Notes: generated by a model not told the origin, from the letters alone. Positions 47,911-63,175 are shown, counted from the first letter of the whole stretch. The stretch: DNA of 63,623 nt, filler included, from Octopus bimaculoides (GCF_001194135.2; 5 parts of 5 records of this genome joined end to end with filler, not necessarily neighbours in it); one strand, 5' to 3'. A program made the numbers and translations.

Positions 47911-48855
47911 ANNNNNNNNNNNNNNNNNNNNNNNNNNNNNNNNNNNNNNNNNNNNNNNNNNNNNNNNNNNNNNNNNNNNNNNNNNNNNNNNNNNNNNNNN
48001 NNNNNNNNNNNNNNNNNNNNNNNNNNNNNNNNNNNNNNNNNNNNNNNNNNNNNNNNNNNNNNNNNNNNNNNNNNNNNNNNNNNNNNNNNNNNNNNNNNNN
48101 NNNNNNNNNNNNNNNNNNNNNNNNNNNNNNNNNNNNNNNNNNNNNNNNNNNNNNNNNNNNNNNNNNNNNNNNNNNNNNNNNNNNNNNNNNNNNNNNNNNN
48201 NNNNNNNNNNNNNNNNNNNNNNNNNNNNNNNNNNNNNNNNNNNNNNNNNNNNNNNNNNNNNNNNNNNNNNNNNNNNNNNNNNNNNNNNNNNNNNNNNNNN
48301 NNNNNNNNNNNNNNNNNNNNNNNNNNNNNNNNNNNNNNNNNNNNNNNNNNNNNNNNNNNNNNNNNNNNNNNNNNNNNNNNNNNNNNNNNNNNNNNNNNNN
48401 NNNNNNNNNNNNNNNNNNNNNNNNNNNNNNNNNNNNNNNNNNNNNNNNNNNNNNNNNNNNNNNNNNNNNNNNNNNNNNNNNNNNNNNNNNNNNNNNNNNN
48501 NNNNNNNNNNNNNNNNNNNNNNNNNNNNNNNNNNNNNNNNNNNNNNNNNNNNNNNNNNNNNNNNNNNNNNNNNNNNNNNNNNNNNNNNNNNNNNNNNNNN
48601 NNNNNNNNNNNNNNNNNNNNNNNNNNNNNNNNNNNNNNNNNNNNNNNNNNNNNNNNNNNNNNNNNNNNNNNNNNNNNNNNNNNNNNNNNNNNNNNNNNNN
48701 NNNNNNNNNNNNNNNNNNNNNNNNNNNNNNNNNNNNNNNNNNNNNNNNNNNNNNNNNNNNNNNNNNNNNNNNNNNNNNNNNNNNNNNNNNNNNNNNNNNN
48801 NNNNNNNNNNNNNNNNNNNNNNNNNNNNNNNNNNCCTTGCTAACTATCAGCCCAA

Positions 48856-48892
<37 letters not shown>

Positions 48893-48969
48893 CAAATAAT
48901 ATGTGAGTATGTGCATATATACGTACATGTATGTACGTACCTACATCTAAATACATATATAGATGCATA

Positions 48970-49020
<51 letters not shown>

Positions 49021-50082
49021 ATTAATGTATGTATGTAAGTATGTACATATGCATGTGCGTATGTGCGTATGTATGTATGTGTGTATGTATTTATGTGAGG
49101 ATGCATGTCGGTATGTATCTATGTATGTGTTTCCGAATTGATGCTCACCATCTATTCCCGTATGCTAACATCTATATGCATTATTTCCAGACATAGCTAC
49201 AATACATATTTCGTGCCAAGTCAGCTGATATGTGTTTGAATTAGCATATCTGTAGGCATAAATATATTCACACAGACACACACACACACACACGCACGCA
49301 CATTTATCTGCATGTATACTCATGTATGTACACACACCACATACACATCAGTCACATGTATACGTACAACACAAATATGTGTGTATGTGTATAAAGTATG
49401 ATGGGTGTGTTGGAGGTATATGCATGTACGTACGGATGTCTGCATGAGGGGTATATACGAATGAACGTATAGTTCATGAGTTTTTTGTTTGGGAATTTTT
49501 CAAAACCAGACATGAAATTAAAGGAACGTCTCTCGTGAATTGAGATGTTTATTCTTTCAATTTTAAATTAAGTTTGGTTTTTGCTGAATACACACACACA
49601 CAAATATTTATATAAATATATACATACATATATATATATATTCACACACACACACATATTTATATGTATGTATATAGGTACGTATCGATATACATGTAGA
49701 TAAGTATGTAAATGGTTAAAGACATTGCGTATATGTGAGTGTGTTTGTATATCTGTATGCATACACACACACAAATATACGTAGGCACAAATACATGTTT
49801 GTATATAAATATAATTGTGTACACTTGTTTGGGTAGGTGTGTGGAGGAGTGTGGGGGAAACTCAATTCAGTGTTACGAATTTTTTGATTCGGTATGCAAT
49901 GCTTTATGTAATGAAAATATGGATGGTTTACTTTATACAACTGATGATGATAATGATGCTGATTATTATGATGGTGATGATGATGATGATGATGATGGCG
50001 AAGTCGATGATGGTTATTTTGCTTAGACGTAAACAATCGTTCAGAAATAGTAATTAATAGATAGATGGACAGACAGACAGAC

Positions 50083-50113
<31 letters not shown>

Positions 50114-51163
50114 AAGGGAGATAGACAGAAATGTGTGTGTCTATATATATACGTGTATGTATATATATATGCGTATGTATATANNNNNNNNNNNNNNNNN
50201 NNNNNNNNNNNNNNNNNNNNNNNNNNNNNNNNNNNNNNNNNNNNNNNNNNNNNNNNNNNNNNNNNNNNNNNNNNNNNNNNNNNNNNNNNNNNNNNNNNNN
50301 NNNNNNNNNNNNNNNNNATATATATATATATATATAAAATATGCGTTTGCACTTGGCACGAGAGGCAGAGGCGAACACAGACACATCTACACAAACATAA
50401 AAACATATATATATGGGTATATATGTATGTGTGTGTATATATATCTTTAGATATGTGTGTTTGTATGAATATATGTATGCATGTGTGCATGTGTGTGTAT
50501 GAATGTATGTATGCGTGTATGTATGTACATATATATGTACATATATTTGTGTGTATATGTATGTATCTACGTATGTATGTGTGTAAGCATCTGTGTATGT
50601 ATTTATATATTTTTATATGTATATGTGTGCATATGTATGTATATATATATATATGTTTGTATGTATGCATATGTGTGCATATGCATGTGTGTATGTATGC
50701 AGCCTTTAATAATCTTCTCTGACATATCGCTTTCTTTCTTTTGTCCCTAGAGAGCAAAATCGAGAAATGTTATTAAAAATTTATGCCAAATCAAGCGAAA
50801 CTAAAATTGCACTTTTGCAATTTATGTAACATCGCAGGTAGTGATTCTCTGGATGTAGAAATAGCATAAATCACAGTTTGGTTGAGAATAATTTGAAATA
50901 TATCACATATATTCTTACTTTTTTTTGAGATCTTTGTTTTTTTTTTCTTGTTTTTGTTTTTTTGTTTTTTTATTAGCAAGCATTCATTTTGCGTTTCGCA
51001 AAAATGTTAGATGCGTGACTTTATCAATTTTTCATCACTTAATATACATAAAATACGATCAATGTAGCAGGACTGTGGACAGACCGTATTCTTTCTGTAT
51101 TTTGCTATTTCATTTATTAGTGTCTCTCACTTAATATCTGAGTATCTGTATCAATGCGTGTGT

Positions 51164-51256
<93 letters not shown>

Positions 51257-51263
51257 TGTGTGT

Positions 51264-51304
<41 letters not shown>

Positions 51305-51918
51305 CAGACGTATGTTATTGCGTCAAATACATGTTTGAACATTTAAAAACATTCAGAAAAGTGTGACAGTGACTTCGAAGATTCTGCTTTTACCTGACTG
51401 TTTTTTATTTGTGCTCTTTTCCTTTTGACATTATATCGATTTATTCATTTCCTCTTCGACAGCGTACGCCGAGTACTTACATCTGTGAAAGTAATAATTC
51501 GGTGGGATCTAGGAAGAAGCGATGGAGTAGTTTTTCTTTTCTGGAAATGTGTTGTCTGATGTCACTGAAATTTAAACAATAACTTGATTCTCATATCAAA
51601 CAAAATTATCATTCACACCTTAACTTTATTCCAACAGACACAATTTAAATAACTGCTTTTTTTTTTAATCTTCCTCTCTTCTTCACTTCCTTCACAAAAA
51701 TGTTGCCGGTATAAATAAACCACAACTGATTTCATTCACGTAGATCCAGTTGCCTAAAATATAATTTAACAACAATTATGTAACACCCGCCAAAATAACA
51801 CACAGTTGAATTGAAGGTGAGAAAGCCGAAATTTCAAGTCAATATCCAACTTTTCCATGTGATCTTTCAGTTAAATTTTAAATCACAATTGTATCAAACT
51901 TGATAAATAATCATATAT

Positions 51919-51959
<41 letters not shown>

Positions 51960-52259
51960 NNNNNNNNNNTGTGTGTGTGTGCGTGTGCATATATATATGT
52001 ATATGTATACATATATATGTATGTATGTGTATATGAATGCATATATACACATAATATATACTTATATTTATATATATACATATATATATATATGTATGTA
52101 CATGTATATATATACATATATATATATATNNNNNNNNNNATACATAAATACGAAGATGCGTGTGCGTGTGTATAAGAGAGTATGCATATGCCTGTGGAAG
52201 TGGTCTGGTGACCTTGACGTGTGTATGTATGTATGTGCACGTGCGAAGATGTGGGCTGG

Positions 52260-52870
52260 TTAGTGGTCAATGCTAGTGTGTGCGTAGTGGTGTGATGTGA
52301 TGTAATGTGTGGTATGTTGCTGTATGATGTAGCGGTGTGTGGTGAGGTGTGGTTTGATGCTGGTGAGGTGGTGGACGCAAGAGTGGGGGAAGCAAGGGTG
52401 GGGTGTGTGTTAGGTTGCGTGTGGGGGTAGAGGTGGGATATGTAGGTAANNNNNNNNNNNNNNNNNNNNNNNNNNNNNNNNNNNNNNNNNNNNNNNNNNN
52501 NNNNNNNNNNNNNNNNNNNNNNNNNNNNNNNNNNNNNNNNNNNNNNNNNNNNNNNNNNNNNNNNNNNNNNNNNNNNNNNNNNNNNNNNNNNNNNNNNNNN
52601 NNNGAGGAGAGAGGCGAGGGGAAGAGGTTAGAGGAAGAGGAGAAGACAGCTGAGCCCATGTGGCGCAAAGGAGCGAAGAGAGAAGATTAGTTCTTGTTCA
52701 CGGCGCAAACGGGAATCTGGATGGTCCCTGTGCAAGGACAATCCAAACACGAACAGGTGTTGCAAAGAGTGACCGGTAGAGCAGAAATGGCGCGAGGCCG
52801 GTGTGTCATTGCCGAGTCGGATGTCTCGGAGGTGTTCCGCGAACCGGTCAGCCAAGCAAAAGGATTTGCG
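52260..52870 (-). mobile_element. Penelope-like 3' fragment (GIY-YIG C-terminus plus 3' UTR)
   Basis: DRFAEHLRDIR..NDTPASRHF...GHSL...RLRREQELIFSLRSFAPHGL. Confidence 0.75.
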
Positions 52871-54017
52871 CAAAATTCAGTTGAGCAAGCATCTAGAAAT
52901 ATGCAGCGAAGGAAAGTTCAAATGTTTATCCTTTTACAAATGTTCAAGAGATAAGCCAAATCTCCAAAACGCAAAATTAAAATGTTTGAAAGAGAAGCAG
53001 AGGAACGACATTTTTTCAAAAAGATTGGAAAGATAAACAGAGACAATATGCCTGAACACCTCTCCGAATAAAACAAACTATGAACATTCCATGGTTAGCT
53101 AGCACAGATGGTGTGCCAAGTTAATACGACTGGGGCGAAATGATGCACATGAATGCTCCGATGAACGCTATATTGCTGTCTAACAATATCACCATACCAT
53201 GCATAGTGAGGTCAATGTGATAGATGTAAGTTGACATCAGTGTGTTTGTCGGATTTTGACGACTGTTGTTCCTATAGAACTTACATATACCTGAAAAAGA
53301 ACACTAGAATCATTTATGGTTTTATGGTCTAATGTAGTTGCTTGGCAAAGTAATTCGTGAAAAAGATCTCCTTTGAATTATTTTATCCAAGCAAGCAAGA
53401 TACGAAAACATAATCCTACAAAAGGATGAAATCTGCTTAAAATTCTATTTAAGCAGGCCCTTCTTTGTTATGTAATTTATATCCTACAGATTCGCTTCCA
53501 GCTAAATACACATGTTATTGCACATCTCATTTATGCTGTTTGCTTAAATGAACACAGAGAATAAATTGAGTTATAAACAGTACCGAACTCAAATTATTTT
53601 TTATATTCTAACTACTAATATTTAATGCGTATTCGTACAAAAACATGGAACTACACAGAATATGGGATTTGACTCGATAAGTGTAAAGAATATACATTTT
53701 CATAGGACTTTGAACCCTTTATTTTCAGCGATGACCGCACCCTCCTCTCTCTTCTAATACTTCCCATCCTACTTGCTAATATTGACATCATGAAAGGTCA
53801 TCTAGCCCTTGTGAGAAATGTCTTTATTTATAGATATGTTCATAGGTATACATCGAGAAAGGAAACAGGAGGGAGAGAGAAAAATCAAATATTTTGCAAT
53901 GAAATTTCAATGGGTTGACCACATCAAATTGAAAACAAACCGCTCTCTCTCTATCTCTCTCTCTCTCTCTCTCCCCCTCTCTCTCTCTCTCTCTCTCACG
54001 CTCTTTCTCTCTGTCTC

Positions 54018-54049
<32 letters not shown>

Positions 54050-54619
54050 ACTCTTTCTCTCTCTGTCTGTCTCTCTCNNNNNNNNNNNNNNNNNNNNNNN
54101 NNNNNNNNNNNNNNNNNNNNNNNNNNNNNNNNNNNNNNNNNNNNNNNNNNNNNNNNNNNNNNNNNNNNNNNNNNNNNNNNNNNNNNNNNNNNNNNNNNNN
54201 NNNNNNNNNNNNNNNNNNNNNNNNNNNNNNNNNNNNNNNNNNNNNNNNNNNNNNNNNNNNNNNNNNNNNNNNNNNNNNNNNNNNNNNNNNNNNNNNNNNN
54301 NNNNNNNNNNNNNNNNNNNNNNNNNNNNNNNNNNNNNNNNNNNNNNNNNNNNNNNNNNNNNNNNNNNNNNNNNNNNNNNNNNNNNNNNNNNNNNNNNNNN
54401 NNNNNNNNNNNNNNNNNNNNNNNNNNNNNNNNNNNNNNNNNNNNNNNNNNNNNNNNNNNNNNNNNNNNNNNNNNNNNNNNNNNNNNNNNNNNNNNNNNNN
54501 NNNNNNNNNNNNNNNNNNNNNNNNNNNNNNNNNNNNNNNNNNNNNNNNNNNNNNNNNNNNNNNNNNNNNNNNNNNNNNNNNNNNNNNNNNNNNNNNNNNN
54601 NNNNNNNNNNNNNTATATA

Positions 54620-55360
54620 TACTTGGTCTAATCAATAAGTATCAGGACTGTTGCCATAGTAACGAATCTAAAGCACACAGTGAACCCGTTTGGAACAGAT
54701 TCACCTTGAAATCTGCTGTGCATGCGCACTACGGTTCGACGCTCTAGCTCACTTCCGCTGTTTAGAGCATTGCCAGAAAAGAAAGCGAGTAGCGTGTGAT
54801 ATTTGCACTGAACACGATAGAAAGTTGAGCAGAGAATCTGCATCAAATTTTGCCTAAGGTTTGGTGGTACCAGCTCAGAGGTCTAGGCAAAGGTTTCAAA
54901 AAGCTTTCATCGTTTTCGATACATTCAAACGGATCTGTGCAACTGAAGCTCGGGTTTCTTTTTGGTCAAGCACATCTACGATTTCTTTCTCAGTTCTGCT
55001 GGTTGCGAGACTCTTATGCTTGCAGAACTTTCGTCAATATCGATACATTTTCGGCCATCTTGGAACTGTCTGAACCACTCGTACACTTGTGCGCGGTTCA
55101 TACATCCCTTTCCATACACTTCCATCAACTTTGCGTACGCATCTGAGCATGTATCACCAGGTAAACTTTCTCTGCCATGGCCAATGTGACGATCACACGA
55201 TACAAACCTTCATTCGAAGCACTGCTGTAAATAGCAGAAGTGAGCTAGAATGTTAAAACTTGGAGCGAATGCACAACAGTATTCAAGGTCAATCTTTTTC
55301 AAGCGGCTTCACCCCGTGTCCTTTATCATCGTTACTATGGCAATAGTCCGGATGCGTAAT
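54620..55360. mobile_element. Non-autonomous mariner derivative built from two convergent 5' ends
   Basis: Left end tatcaggactgttgccatagtaac leads into KVEQRICIKFCLRFG (+). Right end gttactatggcaatagtccggatgc leads into VYEWFRQFQDGR (-). Confidence 0.7.
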
Positions 55361-55839
55361 AATCGGAGCTCGTTTTTTAACTTTGTCTTTTTACTTACTG
55401 GGTACGTTGTTACTGTGTCTTTCTCCCTTTTTTTCTTCTACTTTTTGTCTGCTAAATCAACAATTCTTTTTATTCTCTCTCTATTTATTTTCTCTGTTCA
55501 AGAGCGTGTGTCTGGAAACGTAAAAGACTTTCTCACTTTCCCAAGAGATAAACTCATACACCTTCTTGTTTTTCATACACCTGCCTTCGTCTTTTGTTTT
55601 TCTATAAATGTCAACTATAGATAGATAGATAGATAGATACATACATACATACATACATACATGCATACATACATACATACATATATATATATATAAGTAT
55701 GTATTTATATGTTTGTATATATGTATGTATGTATGTATGTATGTACGAGTACTTTTTCAAGCCTGGTATTTATTTCATCGGATTGCTTTGCCGAACCGGT
55801 AAGATAGCGAAGACACACACAAATATGTATATATCCGTC

Positions 55840-55879
<40 letters not shown>

Positions 55880-55979
55880 NNNNNNNNNNNNNNNNNNNNN
55901 NNNNNNNNNNNNNNNNNNNNNNNTTAATTAATTAANNNNNNNNNNNNNNNNNNNNNNNNNNNNNNNNNNNNNNNNNNNN

Positions 55980-56255
55980 GAAGAAGAAGAAGAAAAAGAA
56001 GAAGAAAATGATGATGATGATGATGATGAAGAAAAAGATGAAGAAAAAGAAAAAGAAGAAAAGTAGATGAAGAAGAAGAAAAAGAAAATGAAGAAGCAGA
56101 AGGACAAAAGGAAGAAGAAGAAGAAGAAAGAGAAGAAGAAGAAGAAGAAGAAGAAGAAGAAGAAGAAGAAGAAGAAGAAAGAGAAGAAGAAGAAGAAGAA
56201 GAAGAAGAAGAAGAAGAAAGAGAAGAAGAAGACGAAGAAGAAGAAGAAGAAGAAG

Positions 56256-56287
<32 letters not shown>

Positions 56288-56310
56288 GAAGAAGAAGAAG
56301 AAGAAGGATT
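55980..56310. repeat. (GAA)n-rich polypurine microsatellite
   Basis: Directly visible. Confidence 0.95.
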
Positions 56311-56457
56311 CTGATGACACATAAATTCCTATACATACTCAGGATTCCATACAGGCATATGGAGGACTACACCTACCCATATAATACGAAACATAGACAT
56401 ACGTATACAGAATCACACATAGACATACATACAAGACCATACACAAACACACGCTCG

Positions 56458-56493
<36 letters not shown>

Positions 56494-56750
56494 CTCATCC
56501 ATGCAAACATACCAAAAAACCTTTTGCACATACACGCATGCACAACCATCGTTACAAACATGTCTAAACATCACACTTACATATAAGCGTATACATTTAT
56601 AGATAACACACATATACACACACACATATACACATCCATACAAACACATAAAAATCACTTGCACATATATAGGCATCTCGGCATACGCAGCCACCTTTAC
56701 AAACATGTATAAACACATAAGCATATACATTTATACATAACACGCACACA

Positions 56751-56831
<81 letters not shown>

Positions 56832-57913
56832 GCGCGCATCTTCGCTACTTAAACACCGCATCAGAATCAAGCAACACTTGAAGCGGTTTATAATAAATTT
56901 ATTTCTGCTTTAATATAATTAACCAGATACAATTTAATTACTCATCTGTAATTAAATCACTCAGCACAATTCTGAGCACTCTCGGCTATCCTTCATGATC
57001 ATGATTGTGAACACGATCATCATCAGCAGCACCCTTCTTCTTCTTCTTCTTCTTCAACTATTTGCATTTGTTGCTGTTGTTCTTCTTCTTCTCAGATAAT
57101 TTCGATAAAATACTTTTCTTTTACGCTCTCGAAATAAACCTTAGTTTATAGTGATTTTTGATCGATTGAACAAAAAATAAAAAAAATAAATAAAAAATAA
57201 AAATTAAAAGTTTTAAAGAAAATCAAAATTTAAAATTTAAAAATGAAAAGCATTGTTTTTCAACGTGAATTACTATTTAGTTTATTTCCTTATTTTGATT
57301 ATGATTTGTTGTGATTTACATTTAGATCTTCGGAAAATATTTATTATATTCTACATGTGTCATTAATTAATGTTTGCTGCATAACAATGTTGTGTTCCTT
57401 TTTATATTGTCATTCTTTTATTATTATTATTATGGTGCAGAGGGAAGTGTTCTCTCTCTCTCTAAGTGGATTTCTAAAAAAGGTGGATGGCTGGGGCAAA
57501 AATAGTCAGGGTGAACGGACCTCTATGGGTGGCTTCAATAGATAGAAAAACAACAGTTGAGCCTTTTGTGACCAGAGTGATTCTGGATTTCTGGGCTTCC
57601 TTAAATGGCCTTAGTTGAAGGTTCTCCTGTATCAAGAGGATTGAACCATTTCCACCCCTATCTTTCATGTTTTCTCTATCTACTGTCCTCGTAATGCCTC
57701 CTTCATCTGATGCCGCTGTAGCAAATAAAAGAAATCACTATTATTATCATTATTATTATTCAAATTACGATAAACGTAAACAAACAAACGAAGTTTGCTT
57801 TTAGAATCGTTGAGATGTCTTAGAAAGTTAAAGAAGTGATTTTTTAAAATTCTCAAACGCAGGATAATGCTAATAATATAGCCTGAACAGGATAAACTAC
57901 CCCTAAACTAAAC

Positions 57914-57979
<66 letters not shown>

Positions 57980-58482
57980 NNNNNNNNNNNNNNNNNNNNN
58001 NNNNNNNNNNNNNNNNNNNNNNNNNNNNNNNNNNNNNNNNNNNNNNNNNNNNNNNNNNNNNNNNNNNNNNNNNNNNNNNNNNNNNNNNNNNNNNNNNNNN
58101 NNNNNNNNNNNNNNNNNNNNNNNNNNNNNNNNNNNNNNNNNNNNNNNNNNNNNNNNNNNNNNNNNNNNNNNNNNNNNNNNNNNNNNNNNNNNNNNNNNNN
58201 NNNNNNNNNNNNNNNNNNNNNNNNNNNNNNNNNNNNNNNNNNNNNNNNNNNNNNNNNNNNNNNNNNNNNNNNNNNNNNNNNNNNNNNNNNNNNNNNNNNN
58301 NNNNNNNNNNNNNNNNNNNNNNNNNNNNNNNNNNNNNNNNNNNNNNNNNNNNNNNNNNNNNNNNNNNNNNNNNNNNNNNNNNNNNNNNNNNNNNNNNNNN
58401 NNNNNNNNNNNNNNNNNNNNNNNNNNNNNNNNNNNNNNNNNNNNNNNNNNNNNNNNNNNNNNNNNNNNNNNNNNNNNNNNNN

Positions 58483-58818
58483 CGAACCGAAAAGTGAGAG
58501 GCAAAGTCACCCTCGGCGGAATTTGAACTCAGAACGTAACGGCAGACGAACTACTGCTAAGCATTTCGCTCGGCGTGCTAAAGTTTCTTATTTCTTTATT
58601 GCTTACAAGGGGCTAAACATAGAGGGGAAAACAAGGACAGACAAAGAGATAAGTCGGTTACATCGACCCCAATGCGTAACTGGTACTTAATTTATCGACC
58701 CCGAAAGGATGAAAGGTAAAATCGACCTCGGCGGAATTTGAACTCAGAACGTACCGGCAGACGAAATACCGCTAAGCATTTCGACCGGCTTGCTAACGAT
58801 TCTGCCAGCTCACCACCC
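58483..58818 (-). mobile_element. Tandem pair of Nin/Deu-like SINE copies
   Basis: Two colinear matches to 40575-40765. Confidence 0.75.
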
Positions 58819-59989
58819 TTATATCAGAAATAATTGTTAGCACTATTCTGTTACCGAAGGCTGATCCGTAGGTTTGATAGTACCATTGAATAGTTGTGTT
58901 TGAAATCTATAATAATGTATATAGATTCTAAATTTGGTGTAAGATGATTCAGCCTGATGCAATCTGAAATCGAAACCAACTTGCTAGTATTTGTTGTGCA
59001 GTACTCGACACAAAAGCTTACAAACGTACACACATTCATGCACATATATGCACGCATATGTACATGATTATATTGATAACGTAAAGAAATCCTCACCAAT
59101 TTTCTTTATATAAATCCACGTTAACACATGCGTGTACACAGCTGTTATCTCGAAATGAAACTATTATATTAAGTAAAGAATCTATCACTGTTCAAATGCG
59201 ACAGATCTATCACCATAGCGTTTCTCAGCAGTTGCCAAAGCAAAGTGTTATCTATTTAGCTAATACACTTCTCACCTCAACAAAACGTGTTATTTATGCA
59301 AATCTTTTGTTGTCATCGCCGTCATGTGGCTTTATTTGAAGAAAAAAGAAAAGAATAACAAAACAACTAAACAAAGCAAAAACACATAATTGTGTTTTTA
59401 ATTATTATGAAAGAATATCAGATGGCTAAGTTTGATTATCTTATATAGTATTCTGAGCTTGTATTGCATCACCAGTATTTATTTCTCTGCGTCTACGGCT
59501 GGAGCGCTAAACATATAAACAAGTAATTTGCAGATATGATATGGACAACTAATAGTTGTGATTAAATTATAAACTGATTCGTTAGACGGCAGTTTTGAGT
59601 TCAATCATTCATAGAGTTGGCATTGATCTGTCAGAGTGGTCCTTGAACTGATTTATGAAAAGGAAAGCATTAATAGTCTTCCAACCTCTCAAAGAATTCT
59701 AAGATTTGCCATCGACATAATTAATTCAAACGAGAGATGAAGTAAGAGTTTGTTTTGTAGACTTGTTTGTGTTTAAGAAAAATCATTGAGAAACTTAATT
59801 TTAATTTCCGTCTCGATGTTCTCAAGTTTCAGTTCTTGCATGGTCAGCTTTAAAATAATTTTTCTTGAAAAAAGTAGAATGAAAAAAAAAAAAACGAAAA
59901 ATATGAAGGCAGTTTCATCTCTGTGGTTTTCACATGCAAAAATCTGACACTTTTGATAGCTAGTTCTACTTATTTTCTTCCTTTGTGAC

Positions 59990-60250
59990 GGACAAATCTC
60001 GCAAATTCCTCGTGAGTTACCCGTTTTTTTTCTGCTGTGATACTGAAATTATTTCTTCAGATTCTTCAGCAAGGAGTTCTTCAGCCAGAATTTTAAGTAA
60101 TTCATGTCTAGATTGGAGTTTGGTCCTCTGTTTGAATTGTAGGCATTATATGCTGTTGTATCAATCAGGTTGAAGAAAAACCAAAACACGTCCACTGGCC
60201 ATCTTCGTGTGACTCGTTTCATCGAAAAGTATTCAAGTGTTGTCATAGAA
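59990..60250 (-). mobile_element. piggyBac transposase C-terminal fragment
   Basis: YFSMKRVTRRWPVDVFWFFFNLIDTTAYNAY resembles the piggyBac Y..KR.TRRWP....ID....NAY motif. Confidence 0.65.
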
Positions 60251-60344
60251 GTTCTTGAACATTAAGGAATTCGTGAACATTAAAGAAAACTCGAGAACAT
60301 ATTTCCTGATATGAATTTACTATTTTTATCTTCACAATAAGACA

Positions 60345-60558
60345 TACTATTCTTTTCTACTTTAGGCACAAGGCCCAACATTTTTGGGGAGGGGACCAGT
60401 CCGTTTGATCGACCCCAGTACGCAACTGGTACTTAATTTATCGACCCCGAAAGGATGAAAGACAAAGTCTACCTTGGCGGAATTTGAACTCAGAACGTAA
60501 AGACAGACCAAATACCGCTAAACCCGGCATGCTAACGTTTCTGCCAGCTCGCCGCCTT
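60345..60558 (-). mobile_element. Nin/Deu-like SINE copy
   Basis: Colinear with 58590-58818. Confidence 0.75.
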
Positions 60559-61072
60559 ACAATAAGACATACTATTGACAAGATCACAGCAGTTTAGTCT
60601 GTGTTTTCACAGAACATTTATAAAATTTAAAACTCAAAATGAAAAACAGATTTTACCTAAAACCTTGGGATAAAAAGTTCAAGATATAGCATTAATTTAC
60701 AGCCCCATTGATTTAAATTAAATATTTTACATTAAAAAAAATGGCTTCAACACAAAATGGACCATTGCGGTCACTTCCTTGTTTTTTGAGGGTTAAATAT
60801 GTGTGTTCAATGCATCTTTTTCCTTGTTCCTTAATTTCAGATTCAAACTTCTTGATTGTTGTTTTACTAATAAAATTATGCAAAGGGCTTTTATGTCCTT
60901 GTTATAGCTGTTTAACCCTAGGTCAGTCCTGATCGAACGACCTTATGGCAAAAAGCGATTCAGCAGTATTTTCTTTTCTTTCTTCAAATATCCTGTATGA
61001 TGACTAAACTGTTTAATACGTCTTGTTTAATACGGTGTGATTATGAAAATTTGATTGTTATTTATATCAGTT

Positions 61073-61285
61073 CGGAGGCGGGTGAGTTGGCGTATTCAGC
61101 AGACTGTCGGAAAAAGGAAAAGCTTTGCGACAGTTGTTCTATCTATTTACGTTCCGAGTTCAAATCCCGCCGAAGTCAACTTTGCATCTCATCATTTCGG
61201 TTTTATAAAGTACCTCTCAAGTACTAGAGTTGATGGTATGGTCAAACACTCTCCTTTCAAAATTGCTGGCCTTGTACCTAAGTGA
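61073..61285 (+). mobile_element. Degenerate Nin/Deu-like SINE copy, plus strand
   Basis: gagttcaaatcccgccgaagtcaactttgcatctcatcatttcgg...aagtacc...ggccttgtacc. Confidence 0.6.
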
Positions 61286-63086
61286 GAAACCGCTGATAGC
61301 AATTCGAGCCACTGTGAAGAGACCGCCTTCTCTCGTAGGCTGTTGTGTTGGTTGTGGTTGTGTTGGTGGTTCGTATCATTGTTGTTGTTGCTGGTGTTGT
61401 TTAACTCTAAGTCAGCGTTAATCGAGCAGAGGCTATGATCCAATACACTCCAAGCTTCTTTTAGATATAATTTCTAAAGAAGGTAGAGTGAAATCTGAAA
61501 GATATTTTGGCTGCTATTTCTAGCCGTTCGAATTACCACATACCGTTTGTCACGTTAGCTGGATACATTTCTATTTGCAGACGTTACCAGCGTATCCTTG
61601 AAGTGAATTTATGAGTAAGGATTTGTATAAGTATCTAGTTCCTCTCTCGATACCGCACCATATACCTGGAATATTTACCATACCTACCACAACCTGGAGA
61701 ACCTTACATATAGTAAAGAAAAGTAGATGAAAAATAAGAAGTACCATAAAGTCTTAAGAGACAGAAGGTTTCACATTGGACATTGTTGTCCTAGAAAAAC
61801 AAGAGCCAAAAAGAAAAACCGATTTGATCAAAACTGACATGATAAAGTAGTCCAGATATTGATCTTTCGTGATCATAAATATCCTTCAAAGGAAGAACAG
61901 CATTATCGATTTTACATGGTGTGGGATGGGCAGTTTTGACGATCATGTCTTTTCAAAGGTTAATTACATATAAATTAGCCAAAGATAAAAATCGAACCTA
62001 AGATCGATAAGTAGTTTGCTATTAACTCATATGACTGCCCAACCGATGCTGATTTAGGTACGAGACAAACATCAACCTTGCAAACCCACTCAGACCAATA
62101 TTTTCATTTGACCCCAAAAAGGGGACCTTTACATAGCCACTCTGTCTACCAGAGATAGTAGCGAAATCGTCATAAAATGACCCTTAATTTCCTTTAAAAA
62201 AGGAAAATAACGTTACATAATGCTCATTTTCAAGTCTTGCTTTCCTAGTTTTTATAAAATTTTATTTTGCTTGCGGCACAATTTATAAAAAATAAAAAGT
62301 AATTTAATTCACTTAGCAGATGAAGGAATGGAAAATATTTGACTTAAAAAAAAAAAAAAAGAAAACGGTCCAATCACCTTATTACGCAATTTTTGGTATT
62401 GCTTAACCTTATCTGACTAACTAACAAAATTATAATTCATAATACAGATACGCCAGAATAAAACGAACCCCTATATATAAAAGCAAACGAACAAACAACT
62501 TGTTCAAGAAACGGGAATTCTAACACGAATGTTCCAAATATTGCCTTCAATCTCTTTTATACACACCTTACCTTGTTGTTAATCTGCTCTCCAGGTTGTT
62601 AAACCAGCCTTAATCATAACTAATCCGATTACTAGGTTAACCGTTCTTACAAGAAGTATTAGATCGGGAAGTTAAATATAGAAGAATTTCTAAGTCAAAA
62701 CACTATGAATGCATTTGGCTGACGATTGCAATGTTTTGTAACATTCATAAATGTATGTATGTATTATATACAACATATATATGTACATACATATATATAC
62801 ACACAAACTCTCTCTTTCTCTCTCACACACACACATATATATACACAGAGACATACATATATATGTATATATATGCATACACATAAGTATATATGTATAT
62901 ATGTTTATATGCATATATATATATATCTTTATATATATATGTGTATACACAAATACACATGAGTATATATATGTGTGTGTATATATATACATACATATAC
63001 ATATATATAATCTACATAAACATATATACACATACATATACGTGTATAACCTACATAAATATACATACATAGATATATACATATTC

Positions 63087-63175
<89 letters not shown>

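Noticed and set aside
51481-51540. Candidate 60-nt minus-strand exon (ttccag ... gtaagt)
   Set aside because: Weak polypyrimidine tract, and no frame resembles a nicotinic receptor. It would need RNA-seq support.
55924-56336. Poly-Lys, poly-Ser, poly-Phe and poly-Leu ORFs
   Set aside because: Translations of a (GAA)n microsatellite.
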